A stretch of DNA of 32,000 bases from Sedimentisphaera cyanobacteriorum (lineage in GTDB: Bacteria > Planctomycetota > Phycisphaerae > Sedimentisphaerales > Sedimentisphaeraceae): NCBI RefSeq assembly GCF_001997385.1, contig NZ_CP019633.1, positions 840,001-872,000 on the forward strand, written 5' to 3'. Under the pieces are notes generated by a model that worked only from the letters and a program-made list of their open reading frames with translations, made no database searches and was not told the origin of the DNA. The position numbers and the translations under genes were made by a program. Of the stretch, positions 1 through 11,349 are shown one piece after another. How positions within the stretch are numbered: position 1 is the stretch's first letter; the number at the start of each line of letters is the position of its first letter.

Positions 1-1006
1 CCCTAGATGTAATGCTCCCGTCGAGAAAAACGAGCGTGTCATAATCCCTTACGGATAAATTATTGATAAGAATATCCGGGCTCATTTTTATTCCGTCTGA
101 GTTTCGGAATTCATTATCCGGCGCGGCAACATAACACTTTGCATCGGATATCTGGAAGATATTTTTTAGCCCGTTTATGATCCTTCTGTCCGCCCCTCTT
201 TCGGGAACAATGATTGCTATCCTCAAATTCTCCTGCTTCTTTGGCTGCTCCTTTTCGCTGGTTTTCTGCTTTTTGGCTGGTTCGTCTTGTTTCAGAGTCT
301 CAGGGCTGATCTGGAAATTGGAATTTTTCAGCTTACCCAGAGATAACATCATTACCGGCTCAAACCCCGAAGGCATCTTCAAAAGCGAGCGAATCTTGCG
401 CTGTTCCAAATCCGGCTCGGCTTTTACACCCAGGCCAATCGAATTAGCTGCAAGCTCCATATTCTGAGCGATTCTGCCAGCCTCAATAAACAGAAATTTC
501 CTTCCCTCTCGCGGCCTTCTCACGCCTGCTAGCTTGGGAGAACCTGCGATTAAAAAGTTGGCAGCAGAGATATAGCCATCTTTATCTTTATGTTTGGTTG
601 CGCTGAAAAGGCGGCGTTTTATATTGTCGTCCACTATCTTCCCGAGTGCATTTTTTTTAGGAATATAAACGAACGCCCCATCTCTATTTACCAGATAGAT
701 TAGCACAGGGTAAGCATTATCGAAAGATTCTACTGTTCTGCGTTTGTCTTCGCTGTAGCCGTAGCCTAGCTTGAGAATGTGCGAGAGCTGATTTATGGTA
801 AATTCCTGCCTAGTAAAAACAACTTCTCCGCCGCGTTTTTTGAGGATTTCTTCAAGGGCGATATCGGGTGTGGAGATGCTGCTCAACTCAATTGTGTCCA
901 GCACTCTTCCGCCTCGGTAGAAGTCTTTATCTACTTTTCGCACTTCTTCAAATGCTGAAACCGATGAGATAACAAGAAGAATAAGTGAAAAATTTTTGAG
1001 AATCAT
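1..1006 (-). CDS. Secreted nitroreductase-fold protein fused to a DJ-1/PfpI-like domain; the 3' end runs off the window
   Basis: Absent from the ORF track because no stop lies in the window. I hand-translated the minus strand from ATG 1006..1004, which follows a GAGGTG Shine-Dalgarno (complement of 1011-1016), and the frame stays open to base 1. The N-terminus MILKNFSLILLVISSVSAFEE looks like a signal peptide. The core contains FLFIEAGRIAQNMELAANSIGLGV, a nitroreductase-family pattern. A Lys/Glu/Pro linker (QDEPAKKQKTSEKEQPKKQ) follows, then RIAIIVPERGAD...YDTLVFLDGS, which resembles a DJ-1/PfpI start. Confidence 0.65.
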   Translation of the reverse strand, partial: MILKNFSLILLVISSVSAFEEVRKVDKDFYRGGRVLDTIELSSISTPDIALEEILKKRGGEVVFTRQEFTINQLSHILKLGYGYSEDKRRTVESFDNAYPVLIYLVNRDGAFVYIPKKNALGKIVDDNIKRRLFSATKHKDKDGYISAANFLIAGSPKLAGVRRPREGRKFLFIEAGRIAQNMELAANSIGLGVKAEPDLEQRKIRSLLKMPSGFEPVMMLSLGKLKNSNFQISPETLKQDEPAKKQKTSEKEQPKKQENLRIAIIVPERGADRRIINGLKNIFQISDAKCYVAAPDNEFRNSDGIKMSPDILINNLSVRDYDTLVFLDGSITSR

Positions 1007-1101
1007 ATATCACCTCTGTAAAAGTGTTTGGTATTATACAGAGAATACGAAATTAATTAAAAACAGTTTACAGCAGTTCTGCTCTGTTCTTTTTATTCTA
1101 T

Positions 1102-1128
1102 AAAAAAAGGCGTACAGATCTGTAAGCC
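1102..1128 (-). terminator. Rho-independent terminator downstream of the GLUG-repeat gene
   Basis: On the minus strand, GGCTTACA-GATC-TGTACGCC forms an 8-bp stem with one mismatch. A T7 run follows (A-run 1102-1108 on the plus strand). It starts 25 nt after the stop codon at 1153-1155. Confidence 0.5.
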
Positions 1129-1152
1129 CTTTAATACTTAAAACTAATTCAT

Positions 1153-3039
1153 TCAGTTAAGCCAGTTTGAAGCAAAGCCCAGCAAGTCTGAATTTGTTAA
1201 GTTTCCCTCTTTCCACAAATTGGCAAAATGCACAAAGTCTTTAATGTCCACTTTCGAATCACCATTAAAATCGCCAAGAACTATCATCTTAACAGGCAGA
1301 AGAACATCGTATTCTAGCGAACCTGAAGACAGCACAATGTCTGCTTCATAAACCCCCGCTAACATGCCGTCAGGATTCAGAGTTACATCAAGCTTTTTCT
1401 TTGGCTCAGATGTGTTTAGCTCAAAGCTTGCAGGTGATGCTGAGATCCAGCCGCTGCCCTCAGAATATTCCACAGTTATCTGACAAGACAAGCTGCCTTC
1501 CCCATCCATTTCTGCCTGAGGCTTGAATATTGCAGTACTGCCTGCGATCAGAGTTTCTGTATAGCTGGATGGGTTGAAGCTAACTGATACCTGCCAGCCG
1601 AACTGTGGATAACTGCCGTCTATCCTCCAAGTATCAGCAAAATCCCAGTGTTGGAAGGTTGCCTGAGTTTTCATTTCTGATGTAGTTTTGGCCAGTCCGC
1701 CGTCGCTTTCTTCACCTGTAAGGCCGGAAGTATCCTGATCAAAATATGAACCGGAAATGACAGAATCGTTTTTACCCGTAAATCCGCCTTCATAAAGAAC
1801 GTCTGTTACAAAATTTGGGTCTGAAGCATAATCGCTGGCGGAGGAATCAGCTAAAAGGCCGCCATCAACTTGGCCTGCTGAATAGCTTCTGGATATACTG
1901 CCTGAATTCAGTCCGGCAAATCCGCCTGCATAACTGTGCGAGAAAACAGAAGGCTGATTTTCTGCTGATTCAACAAAATCTGATATTGAGAAGCTGCCCG
2001 CATCTACGCTTAGCTGCACACCGCCTCTTGCGAAGCAGTTTTCAATTACATCGTTGTTGACACCTGCAAAACCGCCGGCATAAGTAACAGCCTCAAGCGA
2101 AAGATTGTTCAGCCCGTAAGTAAGGCTGTTGGTCGCTGAAACATCCGTATATGCGGCGCAAGTTCTAAATTCGGCATAATTTATGCCGCACATTCCGCCT
2201 GCCCAGCTTGACGCCTCTACGCTGCCGTAAACAACGCAGTCTGTTATTGAGCTTTCCGAAGCTGTGCCGCAGAAACCGCCCGCATAGCTTGCGCCTGAGA
2301 CATGAGCGTTTATAGTGCAATCTGAAGCTGCTGAGAAAGAGTTTATACCTCCAACACCGCCGCCTGTGTATTCTATGCCTGTTACCGTCCCGTCAAAGGT
2401 TGACTGAGTAAGCTCGCCGCCCTCTAAATAGCCGCAAATACCGCCGGTTGTGTTTTCACCTGTAATATCACCTTCCGAGCTGCAGAAATTAATAATGCCC
2501 GAATTATATCCGGCAATCCCGCCTACGCCGTTCTTGCCTGAAATCTGAGCATTTAGCACTGAGCATTCGTTTATTATGCCGCTGCTTCTGCCTGCGATTC
2601 CTCCAGTAGCTGCGTTAGAAGTGGAAGCAATTGAAGGAGAATTTACAGTTAGGCTGTATATCTTCCCTTCGCTTCCTACTACCCTGAATATCCCGCAAGG
2701 CCTCGGGCCTTTTGAAGTGAGACTAAAATTGTTCAGGGAGCCGATGCTTTCTGAGCCTGTATCAGGATCAACATATTTTCCAACAAACTGTCCTTGAAAA
2801 GGGTAACTCTCTGAGCCGATAGTGTTAGGTTCAGAGCCCTCAAAATCAAGCGAAGCAGTCAGCACGTAGTGTTTGTCCATATGGAATGGGTCTTTGTCTA
2901 TCTTGTTAAAATCTTCAACTGTATTGATTAGGAATGGGTCCGTAGATGTTCCGGAACCCTCCCACGGCCAATCTTCAGCTAAAACAGCTGAGTTTAGTAA
3001 AAGCGTTGTTAAGACAGACAACCTTAAGATTAATTTCAT
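1153..3039 (-). CDS. Secreted GLUG-motif beta-helix repeat protein with C-terminal dockerin-like module
   Basis: 628-aa ORF with a signal peptide (MKLILRLSVLTTLLLNSAVLAED). It carries about ten tandem GLUG-type repeats (GGIAG/GGICG/GGFCG/GGMCG/GGFAG, each followed by N.G.I..C/S). The C-terminal part has an Ig-like region and the Ca-loop module GDFNGDSKVDIKDF...NWLN. Confidence 0.8.
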   Translation of the reverse strand: MKLILRLSVLTTLLLNSAVLAEDWPWEGSGTSTDPFLINTVEDFNKIDKDPFHMDKHYVLTASLDFEGSEPNTIGSESYPFQGQFVGKYVDPDTGSESIGSLNNFSLTSKGPRPCGIFRVVGSEGKIYSLTVNSPSIASTSNAATGGIAGRSSGIINECSVLNAQISGKNGVGGIAGYNSGIINFCSSEGDITGENTTGGICGYLEGGELTQSTFDGTVTGIEYTGGGVGGINSFSAASDCTINAHVSGASYAGGFCGTASESSITDCVVYGSVEASSWAGGMCGINYAEFRTCAAYTDVSATNSLTYGLNNLSLEAVTYAGGFAGVNNDVIENCFARGGVQLSVDAGSFSISDFVESAENQPSVFSHSYAGGFAGLNSGSISRSYSAGQVDGGLLADSSASDYASDPNFVTDVLYEGGFTGKNDSVISGSYFDQDTSGLTGEESDGGLAKTTSEMKTQATFQHWDFADTWRIDGSYPQFGWQVSVSFNPSSYTETLIAGSTAIFKPQAEMDGEGSLSCQITVEYSEGSGWISASPASFELNTSEPKKKLDVTLNPDGMLAGVYEADIVLSSGSLEYDVLLPVKMIVLGDFNGDSKVDIKDFVHFANLWKEGNLTNSDLLGFASNWLN

Positions 3040-3091
3040 AATAAGCCTTTCGATTCCAGTTAATCAGGGCATTCACCTCATAAAAGGGCTG

Positions 3092-3119
3092 ATTTTACAG
3101 TCAATACCTGTTATTGCAA
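3092..3119 (-). promoter_or_regulatory. Putative sigma70-type promoter of the GLUG-repeat gene
   Basis: Minus strand reads TTGCAA (3119..3114), a 16-nt spacer, then TAAAAT (3097..3092). It lies about 55 nt upstream of ATG 3039, which has a GAAAGG Shine-Dalgarno. Confidence 0.3.
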
Positions 3120-3166
3120 GCGAAAAGCTTCAACAAATCTAAAATAGCCTGCCTGCAATTAACTGC

Positions 3167-3194
3167 TTGACTTTTGCAAGGGTGTGGTTAGAAT
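3167..3194 (+). promoter_or_regulatory. Putative sigma70-type promoter of tRNA-His
   Basis: TTGACT (3167-3172), a 16-nt spacer, then TAGAAT (3189-3194). The -10 element ends 14 nt before the tRNA 5' end. Confidence 0.4.
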
Positions 3195-3208
3195 ACCGCC
3201 CTTCTCAC

Positions 3209-3283
3209 GGTGGATGTAGCTCAGTTGGTTAGAGCACCAGATTGTGGTTCTGGGGGTCGGGGGTTCGAATCTCCTCATCCACC
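3209..3283 (+). tRNA. tRNA-His (anticodon GTG)
   Basis: Hand-folded cloverleaf. G-1 is encoded and pairs with C73. The acceptor stem is GTGGATG/CATCCAC and the D-arm is GCTCAGTTGGTTAGAGC. The anticodon stem CCAGA/TCTGG carries the loop TTGTGGT. The T-loop is GGTTCGAAT. No CCA is encoded. Confidence 0.9.
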
Positions 3284-3295
3284 CTAAAATTTTCA

Positions 3296-3319
3296 AGCCG
3301 GCAATTCGCCGGCTTTTTT
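3296..3319 (+). terminator. Rho-independent terminator after tRNA-His
   Basis: Perfect GCCGGC/GCCGGC stem (3297-3302 and 3308-3313) with a 5-nt loop AATTC. A T6 run follows at 3314-3319. Confidence 0.75.
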
Positions 3320-3415
3320 GTTTATACATTTGCCAAAACCCCGTAAAAAATTATCATAAGCCTCTGTCAGGAAATACAAAAAGTTAATATTTAAATAATT
3401 CTAAGCGGATTTGAT

Positions 3416-6124
3416 ATGCTCAGCTCAAAAGAGATCAGAAAAAGATTTATACAATTTTTCGAAGATAAAGGCCATAAATTTGTGCCAAGTTCGCCTGTTG
3501 TTCCAGCGGATGACCCGAGCCTTCTTTTCACGAATGCGGGGATGAATCAGTTCAAGGATATATTTCTCGGCGTAAAAAAGAAAGACTGCGACAGCGCTGT
3601 AAACAGCCAGAAATGCATACGTGTAAGCGGCAAACACAACGACCTTGAAGAGGTTGGCGTGGATACATATCACCATACATTTTTCGAGATGCTGGGAAAC
3701 TGGTCTTTCGATTCCTACTTCAAGGAAGAATCAATCAGATGGGCTTGGCAGCTTCTTACTGAGGTTTACGGAATAGATGAAACAAAGCTCTATGCAACGG
3801 TCTTCTCAGGCGATGAATCAGACGGCAGCGAATACGACAAAGAAGCCGCAGAGCTTTGGCCCAAGGTAACAGGCATCCCTGTTGAAAGGGTTCTTTCATT
3901 CGGCAGAAAAGATAATTTCTGGGAAATGGGCGAGACAGGCCCCTGCGGGCCGTCAAGCGAGATACATATAGACCTGGGAGATGAGATGTGCGATATGAAG
4001 CATATTCCCGGGCATAAATGCGGCGTCAATGCAGGCTGCGCAAGGTTTATTGAGCTTTGGAATCTCGTTTTCATCCAGTTCAACAGACAGTCCGACGGCA
4101 CACTAAAGCTCTTAAAGGCAAAATATATAGATACAGGACTCGGCCTCGAAAGGCTCACAGCTGTTCTGCAGGGCAAGCCGAGCAATTATGATACTGATCT
4201 TTTCACTCCGCTGATAAAAGAAATCAGCGAAATGGCAAATATTAAATACACCCGCTCACTCACTGAAAAAACAGACATAGCCATGAGAGTGGTTGCAGAC
4301 CATGTGCGTGCTCTTTCGTTTGCCATAACAGACGGGGCAGTTCCAAGCAACGACGGACGCGGATACGTTTTGAGACGAATCCTGCGAAGGGCCTCAAGAT
4401 TCGGCAGAGTACTCGAGCTCAAAGAGCCGTTCATATACAAATTAGTTCCAACGCTTATTGAGCTTATGGGTGATGCCTTCCCTGAAATAAAGCAGAGGCA
4501 GGAATTCGTGGAAACTGTAATCGAATCTGAAGAGAAAAGCTTCAACCGAACTCTCGACCGCGGCCTTGAAATATTTGAAACAGCAGCAGGCAAATCTGAA
4601 AAATATATAAGCGGGGAAGACACATTCAAGCTTTACGATACTTACGGATTCCCGCTTGATTTAACCGAACTGCTCGCAAGGGAAAAAGGGCTCGACATAG
4701 ACAGAGACGGCTTTGAAAAGCTTATGGAGCAGCAGAGGCAGAGAGCACGAGCCGCAAAAAAAGAATCAGGACTTATCGGAAAGCTTGAAGGTGAAGAGCT
4801 GCCTGAAACTGATGACAGGGAGAAATATCTCACCGAAAACTGCAAGGCAAAGATCCTTGGTTTTGCCGGTGCAGACGGCTTCAGAGGCGAAGGCGAACTG
4901 AGAAATACCGAAGAGAAAACCGCAGTACTGCTGGATAAAACCTGCTGCTACGCAGAATCCGGAGGACAGATTGGCGACAGCGGAGAAATACGCGGCGATA
5001 ATTTTGTTTTTGAGATTGAGAAAACGGAGAAAATCGGCCATAGCGTACTTCATCAGGGCAAAATCCTTGAAGGGAAGGCGAAAGTTGGCGATGTGGTCGA
5101 AGTTACAGTGTCAGGCGAGAGAAACTCTTCGAGAAAAAATCATACAGCCACACACCTCCTGCAATGGGCTCTGAAAAAGGTTATGGGCGAGAGCATTACC
5201 CAGCAGGGCTCGCTTGTATGCCCGGATTATCTTAGATTTGATTTTACCTGCTCAAAGGCACTTTCCAACGAGCAGATTAGTGAAGTTGAGGAGCTTGTAA
5301 ACAGAAAGATTTTTGCAGATTCGCCGGTAACCTGCTCAACAATGCCTATCGATGAAGCCAAAAAACTCGGCGCTACCGCCCTTTTCGGCGAGAAATACGG
5401 AGATACAGTAAGGCTGATATCTATCGGACGAGATGAAGATGAAAGCTATGAAAATGCGTTCAGCAAGGAGCTTTGCGGAGGAACTCACGTTTCAAGGACA
5501 TCCCAGATAGGCGGATTTAAGATTATAAAGGAAGAGAGCATTTCTGCTGGAGTAAGGCGTATTACCGCACTTACAGGCAGGGCTCTTATCGAATATTTCA
5601 GCGAGAGAGAGAAGGTTATAGAGGAGCTTTGCTTTAAGCTCAAAGTCCCGTTCCACCAGCTCAGCGAGAGAACAGATAAGCTTATATCCGAAAATAAGAA
5701 GCTCAAAAAAGAAATCAAAGATGCCGGCAAACAAGGCGGGGGCGGAAATGTACGCGAGGAAGCGGATAAAGCCATTGAAAACGCCAAAGATATTGCCGGC
5801 GCGAAAATTATTGCAGCGCACGTAAAATGCGGCGATAATAAACAGCTGCGTGAATGCGCAGATTCCATTAAAAAAAGATGCGAGTCTTTAGCTGCTCTCC
5901 TTGTTACCAGCGCAGGCGGTAAGGTGATGATGGTGGCTGCGGTATCAGAAGACCTTATCAAGAAGGGCATAAAAGCTGGTGATATCGTTAAGCAGGCCGC
6001 CCCGGCTGTAGGCGGAGGCGGAGGCGGACGCCCGGATATGGCTCAGGCCGGCGGGAAAGATGCTTCAGGAATACCGAATGCGCTGAAGGCAGCAGAAGAG
6101 TATGCGGCATCAAAACTGGAATAG
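3416..6124 (+). CDS. alaS: Alanine--tRNA ligase
   Basis: 902-aa ORF. The N-terminus FTNAGMNQFK marks the class II core. The editing domain has HTATHLL and CGGTH zinc motifs. The C-terminal DHHA1 tail reads GGGGGGRPDMAQAGG. Confidence 0.97.
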   Translation: MLSSKEIRKRFIQFFEDKGHKFVPSSPVVPADDPSLLFTNAGMNQFKDIFLGVKKKDCDSAVNSQKCIRVSGKHNDLEEVGVDTYHHTFFEMLGNWSFDSYFKEESIRWAWQLLTEVYGIDETKLYATVFSGDESDGSEYDKEAAELWPKVTGIPVERVLSFGRKDNFWEMGETGPCGPSSEIHIDLGDEMCDMKHIPGHKCGVNAGCARFIELWNLVFIQFNRQSDGTLKLLKAKYIDTGLGLERLTAVLQGKPSNYDTDLFTPLIKEISEMANIKYTRSLTEKTDIAMRVVADHVRALSFAITDGAVPSNDGRGYVLRRILRRASRFGRVLELKEPFIYKLVPTLIELMGDAFPEIKQRQEFVETVIESEEKSFNRTLDRGLEIFETAAGKSEKYISGEDTFKLYDTYGFPLDLTELLAREKGLDIDRDGFEKLMEQQRQRARAAKKESGLIGKLEGEELPETDDREKYLTENCKAKILGFAGADGFRGEGELRNTEEKTAVLLDKTCCYAESGGQIGDSGEIRGDNFVFEIEKTEKIGHSVLHQGKILEGKAKVGDVVEVTVSGERNSSRKNHTATHLLQWALKKVMGESITQQGSLVCPDYLRFDFTCSKALSNEQISEVEELVNRKIFADSPVTCSTMPIDEAKKLGATALFGEKYGDTVRLISIGRDEDESYENAFSKELCGGTHVSRTSQIGGFKIIKEESISAGVRRITALTGRALIEYFSEREKVIEELCFKLKVPFHQLSERTDKLISENKKLKKEIKDAGKQGGGGNVREEADKAIENAKDIAGAKIIAAHVKCGDNKQLRECADSIKKRCESLAALLVTSAGGKVMMVAAVSEDLIKKGIKAGDIVKQAAPAVGGGGGGRPDMAQAGGKDASGIPNALKAAEEYAASKLE

Positions 6125-6190
6125 GCCGCATTAGATAAATCCCTCGGGATTCTTGTCCGCCGTTTAAACAAGCAGCTTTTTGGGAGATAT

Positions 6191-7021
6191 ATGGAACGTT
6201 TTTTTACTGCCAGAGAAGCTAAAAACGGCAGTTTAATTGATTATGATGCCGCTGTTATAAAAAAGTGGTTTATAGAAACGATAGAGCCGATTGAGCAGAA
6301 TGTCAATCCGGAAACGCGTACAGATATGGTTTGCGTAAGCTCGATTGCTGTATGTGTAAACTACGCAAATGCCGTACTTGATCTGATCCGCTCCGGCCAC
6401 AATATGCCCGCCAAAGCGCTTTTGAGGGTTCTCTGCGAGACTGTAGCCAAGATTGCTTGGTGTCTTGTTTCTCCGAAGAACAAGAAGAAAGACCGCAAAC
6501 AGGCGGTAGAGCGGAAATTTGACCAGTGGGAAAAGGACGCGCTCTACAAGAAGCTGAGAATCCTGTATGAATTCCGCTCGATTGTCAGCTCAGAGCAGAG
6601 CAGGGAGCTTGAAGATACAATAAGGAAAATCAAGCTTAAGGAACGTAAATTCCACGCTCCGCCAATGCCCAAAACGATCGAGATCTTCAATAAGCTCTCT
6701 TCAAACTGGCGTTCAGGCGTTTATCCACGCGGTTTTCTTCAGTTTAACGATGCCGTGCATATCGACATACATACCCTCCTCTCAAGGATATACTGCGAGG
6801 AAGGCGGGATGAACATAAGCCACGACAGCAACGAAGAATTAACGGACCTCAGCGGCTACTGCCTGAGCTTTATGTTTCAGCTGTTCTACCTTGTTCGAAC
6901 ACATTTCGGGCTGGATACAACTGAGCTTCTCAAGGAATTTCAGTCAAGGTCTGAGAGATTTGAAGAAGCGAAACCGGAAAAAAGCAAAGCGGAAAATGAA
7001 GGCTCAGATTCTGAACACTGA
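6191..7021 (+). CDS. Hypothetical alpha-helical protein of unknown function
   Basis: 276-aa ORF with a GGGAGA Shine-Dalgarno 5 nt upstream of the ATG. There is no signal peptide or TM segment. It has a charged central region and an acidic/Lys-rich tail. I recognise no catalytic motif with confidence. It loosely resembles DUF5677-type helical proteins, from memory only. Confidence 0.6.
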   Translation: MERFFTAREAKNGSLIDYDAAVIKKWFIETIEPIEQNVNPETRTDMVCVSSIAVCVNYANAVLDLIRSGHNMPAKALLRVLCETVAKIAWCLVSPKNKKKDRKQAVERKFDQWEKDALYKKLRILYEFRSIVSSEQSRELEDTIRKIKLKERKFHAPPMPKTIEIFNKLSSNWRSGVYPRGFLQFNDAVHIDIHTLLSRIYCEEGGMNISHDSNEELTDLSGYCLSFMFQLFYLVRTHFGLDTTELLKEFQSRSERFEEAKPEKSKAENEGSDSEH

Positions 7022-7774
7022 TTCAGCATTTTGCCAGAGAATCTCACACATCTGATTTACCTCGAGCCCCTTTACCTCTGCGAGCTTCTCTGCGATATGA
7101 ACGATAAAAGAAGGCTCATTCGTTTTGTACTTGCGAAGCGGAGCCGGAGACATATAAGGGCAGTCGGTTTCTGCAAGGAGCTTCTCTGGAGGTACGACAG
7201 CAGCAGCCTGCCTTGTCCTCTCTGCATTCTTGAATGTTACTACACCTGTAAAAGAAACATACCAGCCCTGCTTGAGGCAATACTCCGCCTGCTCAGGCCC
7301 TTCACCAAAGCAGTGGATAACAATTCCGGGCAGTTTTTCTGAGTATTTAGAAAGGATTTCTGCGGTGTTCTCGAAGGCATCTCTGGAGTGAATAACAACA
7401 GGCATATTCTCCTGGACGGCTATCTCAAGCTGCTTGGCAAAGGCGTTTTTCTGCTGTTCTTTCGAGGAGAATTCGTAGTAGTAATCAAGTCCGATCTCGC
7501 CTAATGCAGCTGCCTTATCTTCCCGCAGAAGAAGCCTTATCTGTTCAAGGCTTTGATCATCAGCCGATTTTGCCTCATGCGGATGGAAGCCGGCAGTAAA
7601 GAAAACATTTTCATATTTCTGTGCAATCTCAAGAGACTCAAGGCTGTCCTGAAGGTCTGTGCCCACTGTGATAATCTTCTCTACTCCTGCCTTGCCTGCC
7701 CTGTAATTTATTTCATCAAGGCTGCCGTGATACTGCTCTGAAGTCAGATGTGCGTGGTGGTCTATCAATCTCAT
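7004..7774 (-). CDS. tatD: TatD-family metal-dependent hydrolase/DNase
   Basis: The tracked ORF is 7004..7852, but I prefer the start at ATG 7774 (MRLIDHHAHL...), the canonical TatD N-terminal His motif. That start also removes the overlap with obg, which ends at 7794. Later motifs include GEIGLDY and HCF. Confidence 0.85.
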   Translation of the reverse strand: MRLIDHHAHLTSEQYHGSLDEINYRAGKAGVEKIITVGTDLQDSLESLEIAQKYENVFFTAGFHPHEAKSADDQSLEQIRLLLREDKAAALGEIGLDYYYEFSSKEQQKNAFAKQLEIAVQENMPVVIHSRDAFENTAEILSKYSEKLPGIVIHCFGEGPEQAEYCLKQGWYVSFTGVVTFKNAERTRQAAAVVPPEKLLAETDCPYMSPAPLRKYKTNEPSFIVHIAEKLAEVKGLEVNQMCEILWQNAESVFRI

Positions 7775-7793
7775 AATAATCTGCGATATTTCT

Positions 7794-11221
<3,428 letters not shown>

Positions 11222-11285
11222 TTAAATTATTTCCGCCAAAATGCGTGGAGTTATCCTTAAAATTTAGGTTAGTTTCCTTTAAACT

Positions 11286-11313
11286 ATTATATATACGAAA
11301 ACTTACAGTTCAA
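11286..11313 (-). promoter_or_regulatory. Putative sigma70-type promoter of lon
   Basis: Minus strand reads TTGAAC (11313..11308), a 16-nt spacer, then TATAAT (11291..11286). It lies about 60 nt upstream of ATG 11221. Confidence 0.45.
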
Positions 11314-11349
11314 TCAGCTTTGAGTGCAAATTCGGAAAAGCGGGCACAA

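Noticed and set aside
177-467. 96-aa plus-strand ORF from the ORF track
   Set aside because: It is low-complexity, Phe/Ser/Cys-rich and has no Shine-Dalgarno. It lies entirely antisense to the well-supported minus-strand nitroreductase/DJ-1 CDS (1..1006).
1153-3039. Internal nucleotide repeats in the GLUG gene as a possible variable or contingency locus
   Set aside because: The repeats are degenerate at the DNA level and similar only at the protein-motif level. There are no perfect tandem units, homopolymer tracts or nearby reverse transcriptase or recombinase.
3209-3330. tRNA-His, and tRNA-Ser at 17079-17167, as integration sites for a genomic island
   Set aside because: The window has no integrase, recombinase, phage or transposon genes. 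I saw no direct repeat of either tRNA 3' end elsewhere by eye. This check was not exhaustive.
3320-3415. Possible T-box or other leader RNA upstream of alaS
   Set aside because: The region is only about 95 nt. I saw no T-box consensus, specifier-loop architecture or terminator/antiterminator pair, only a weak promoter-like TTGCCA-16-TATCAT.
6011-6028. (GGCGGA)x3 tandem nucleotide repeat
   Set aside because: It encodes the conserved poly-Gly segment (GGGGGGRPDMAQAGG) of the AlaRS C-terminal DHHA1 domain. It is a coding constraint, not a repeat element.
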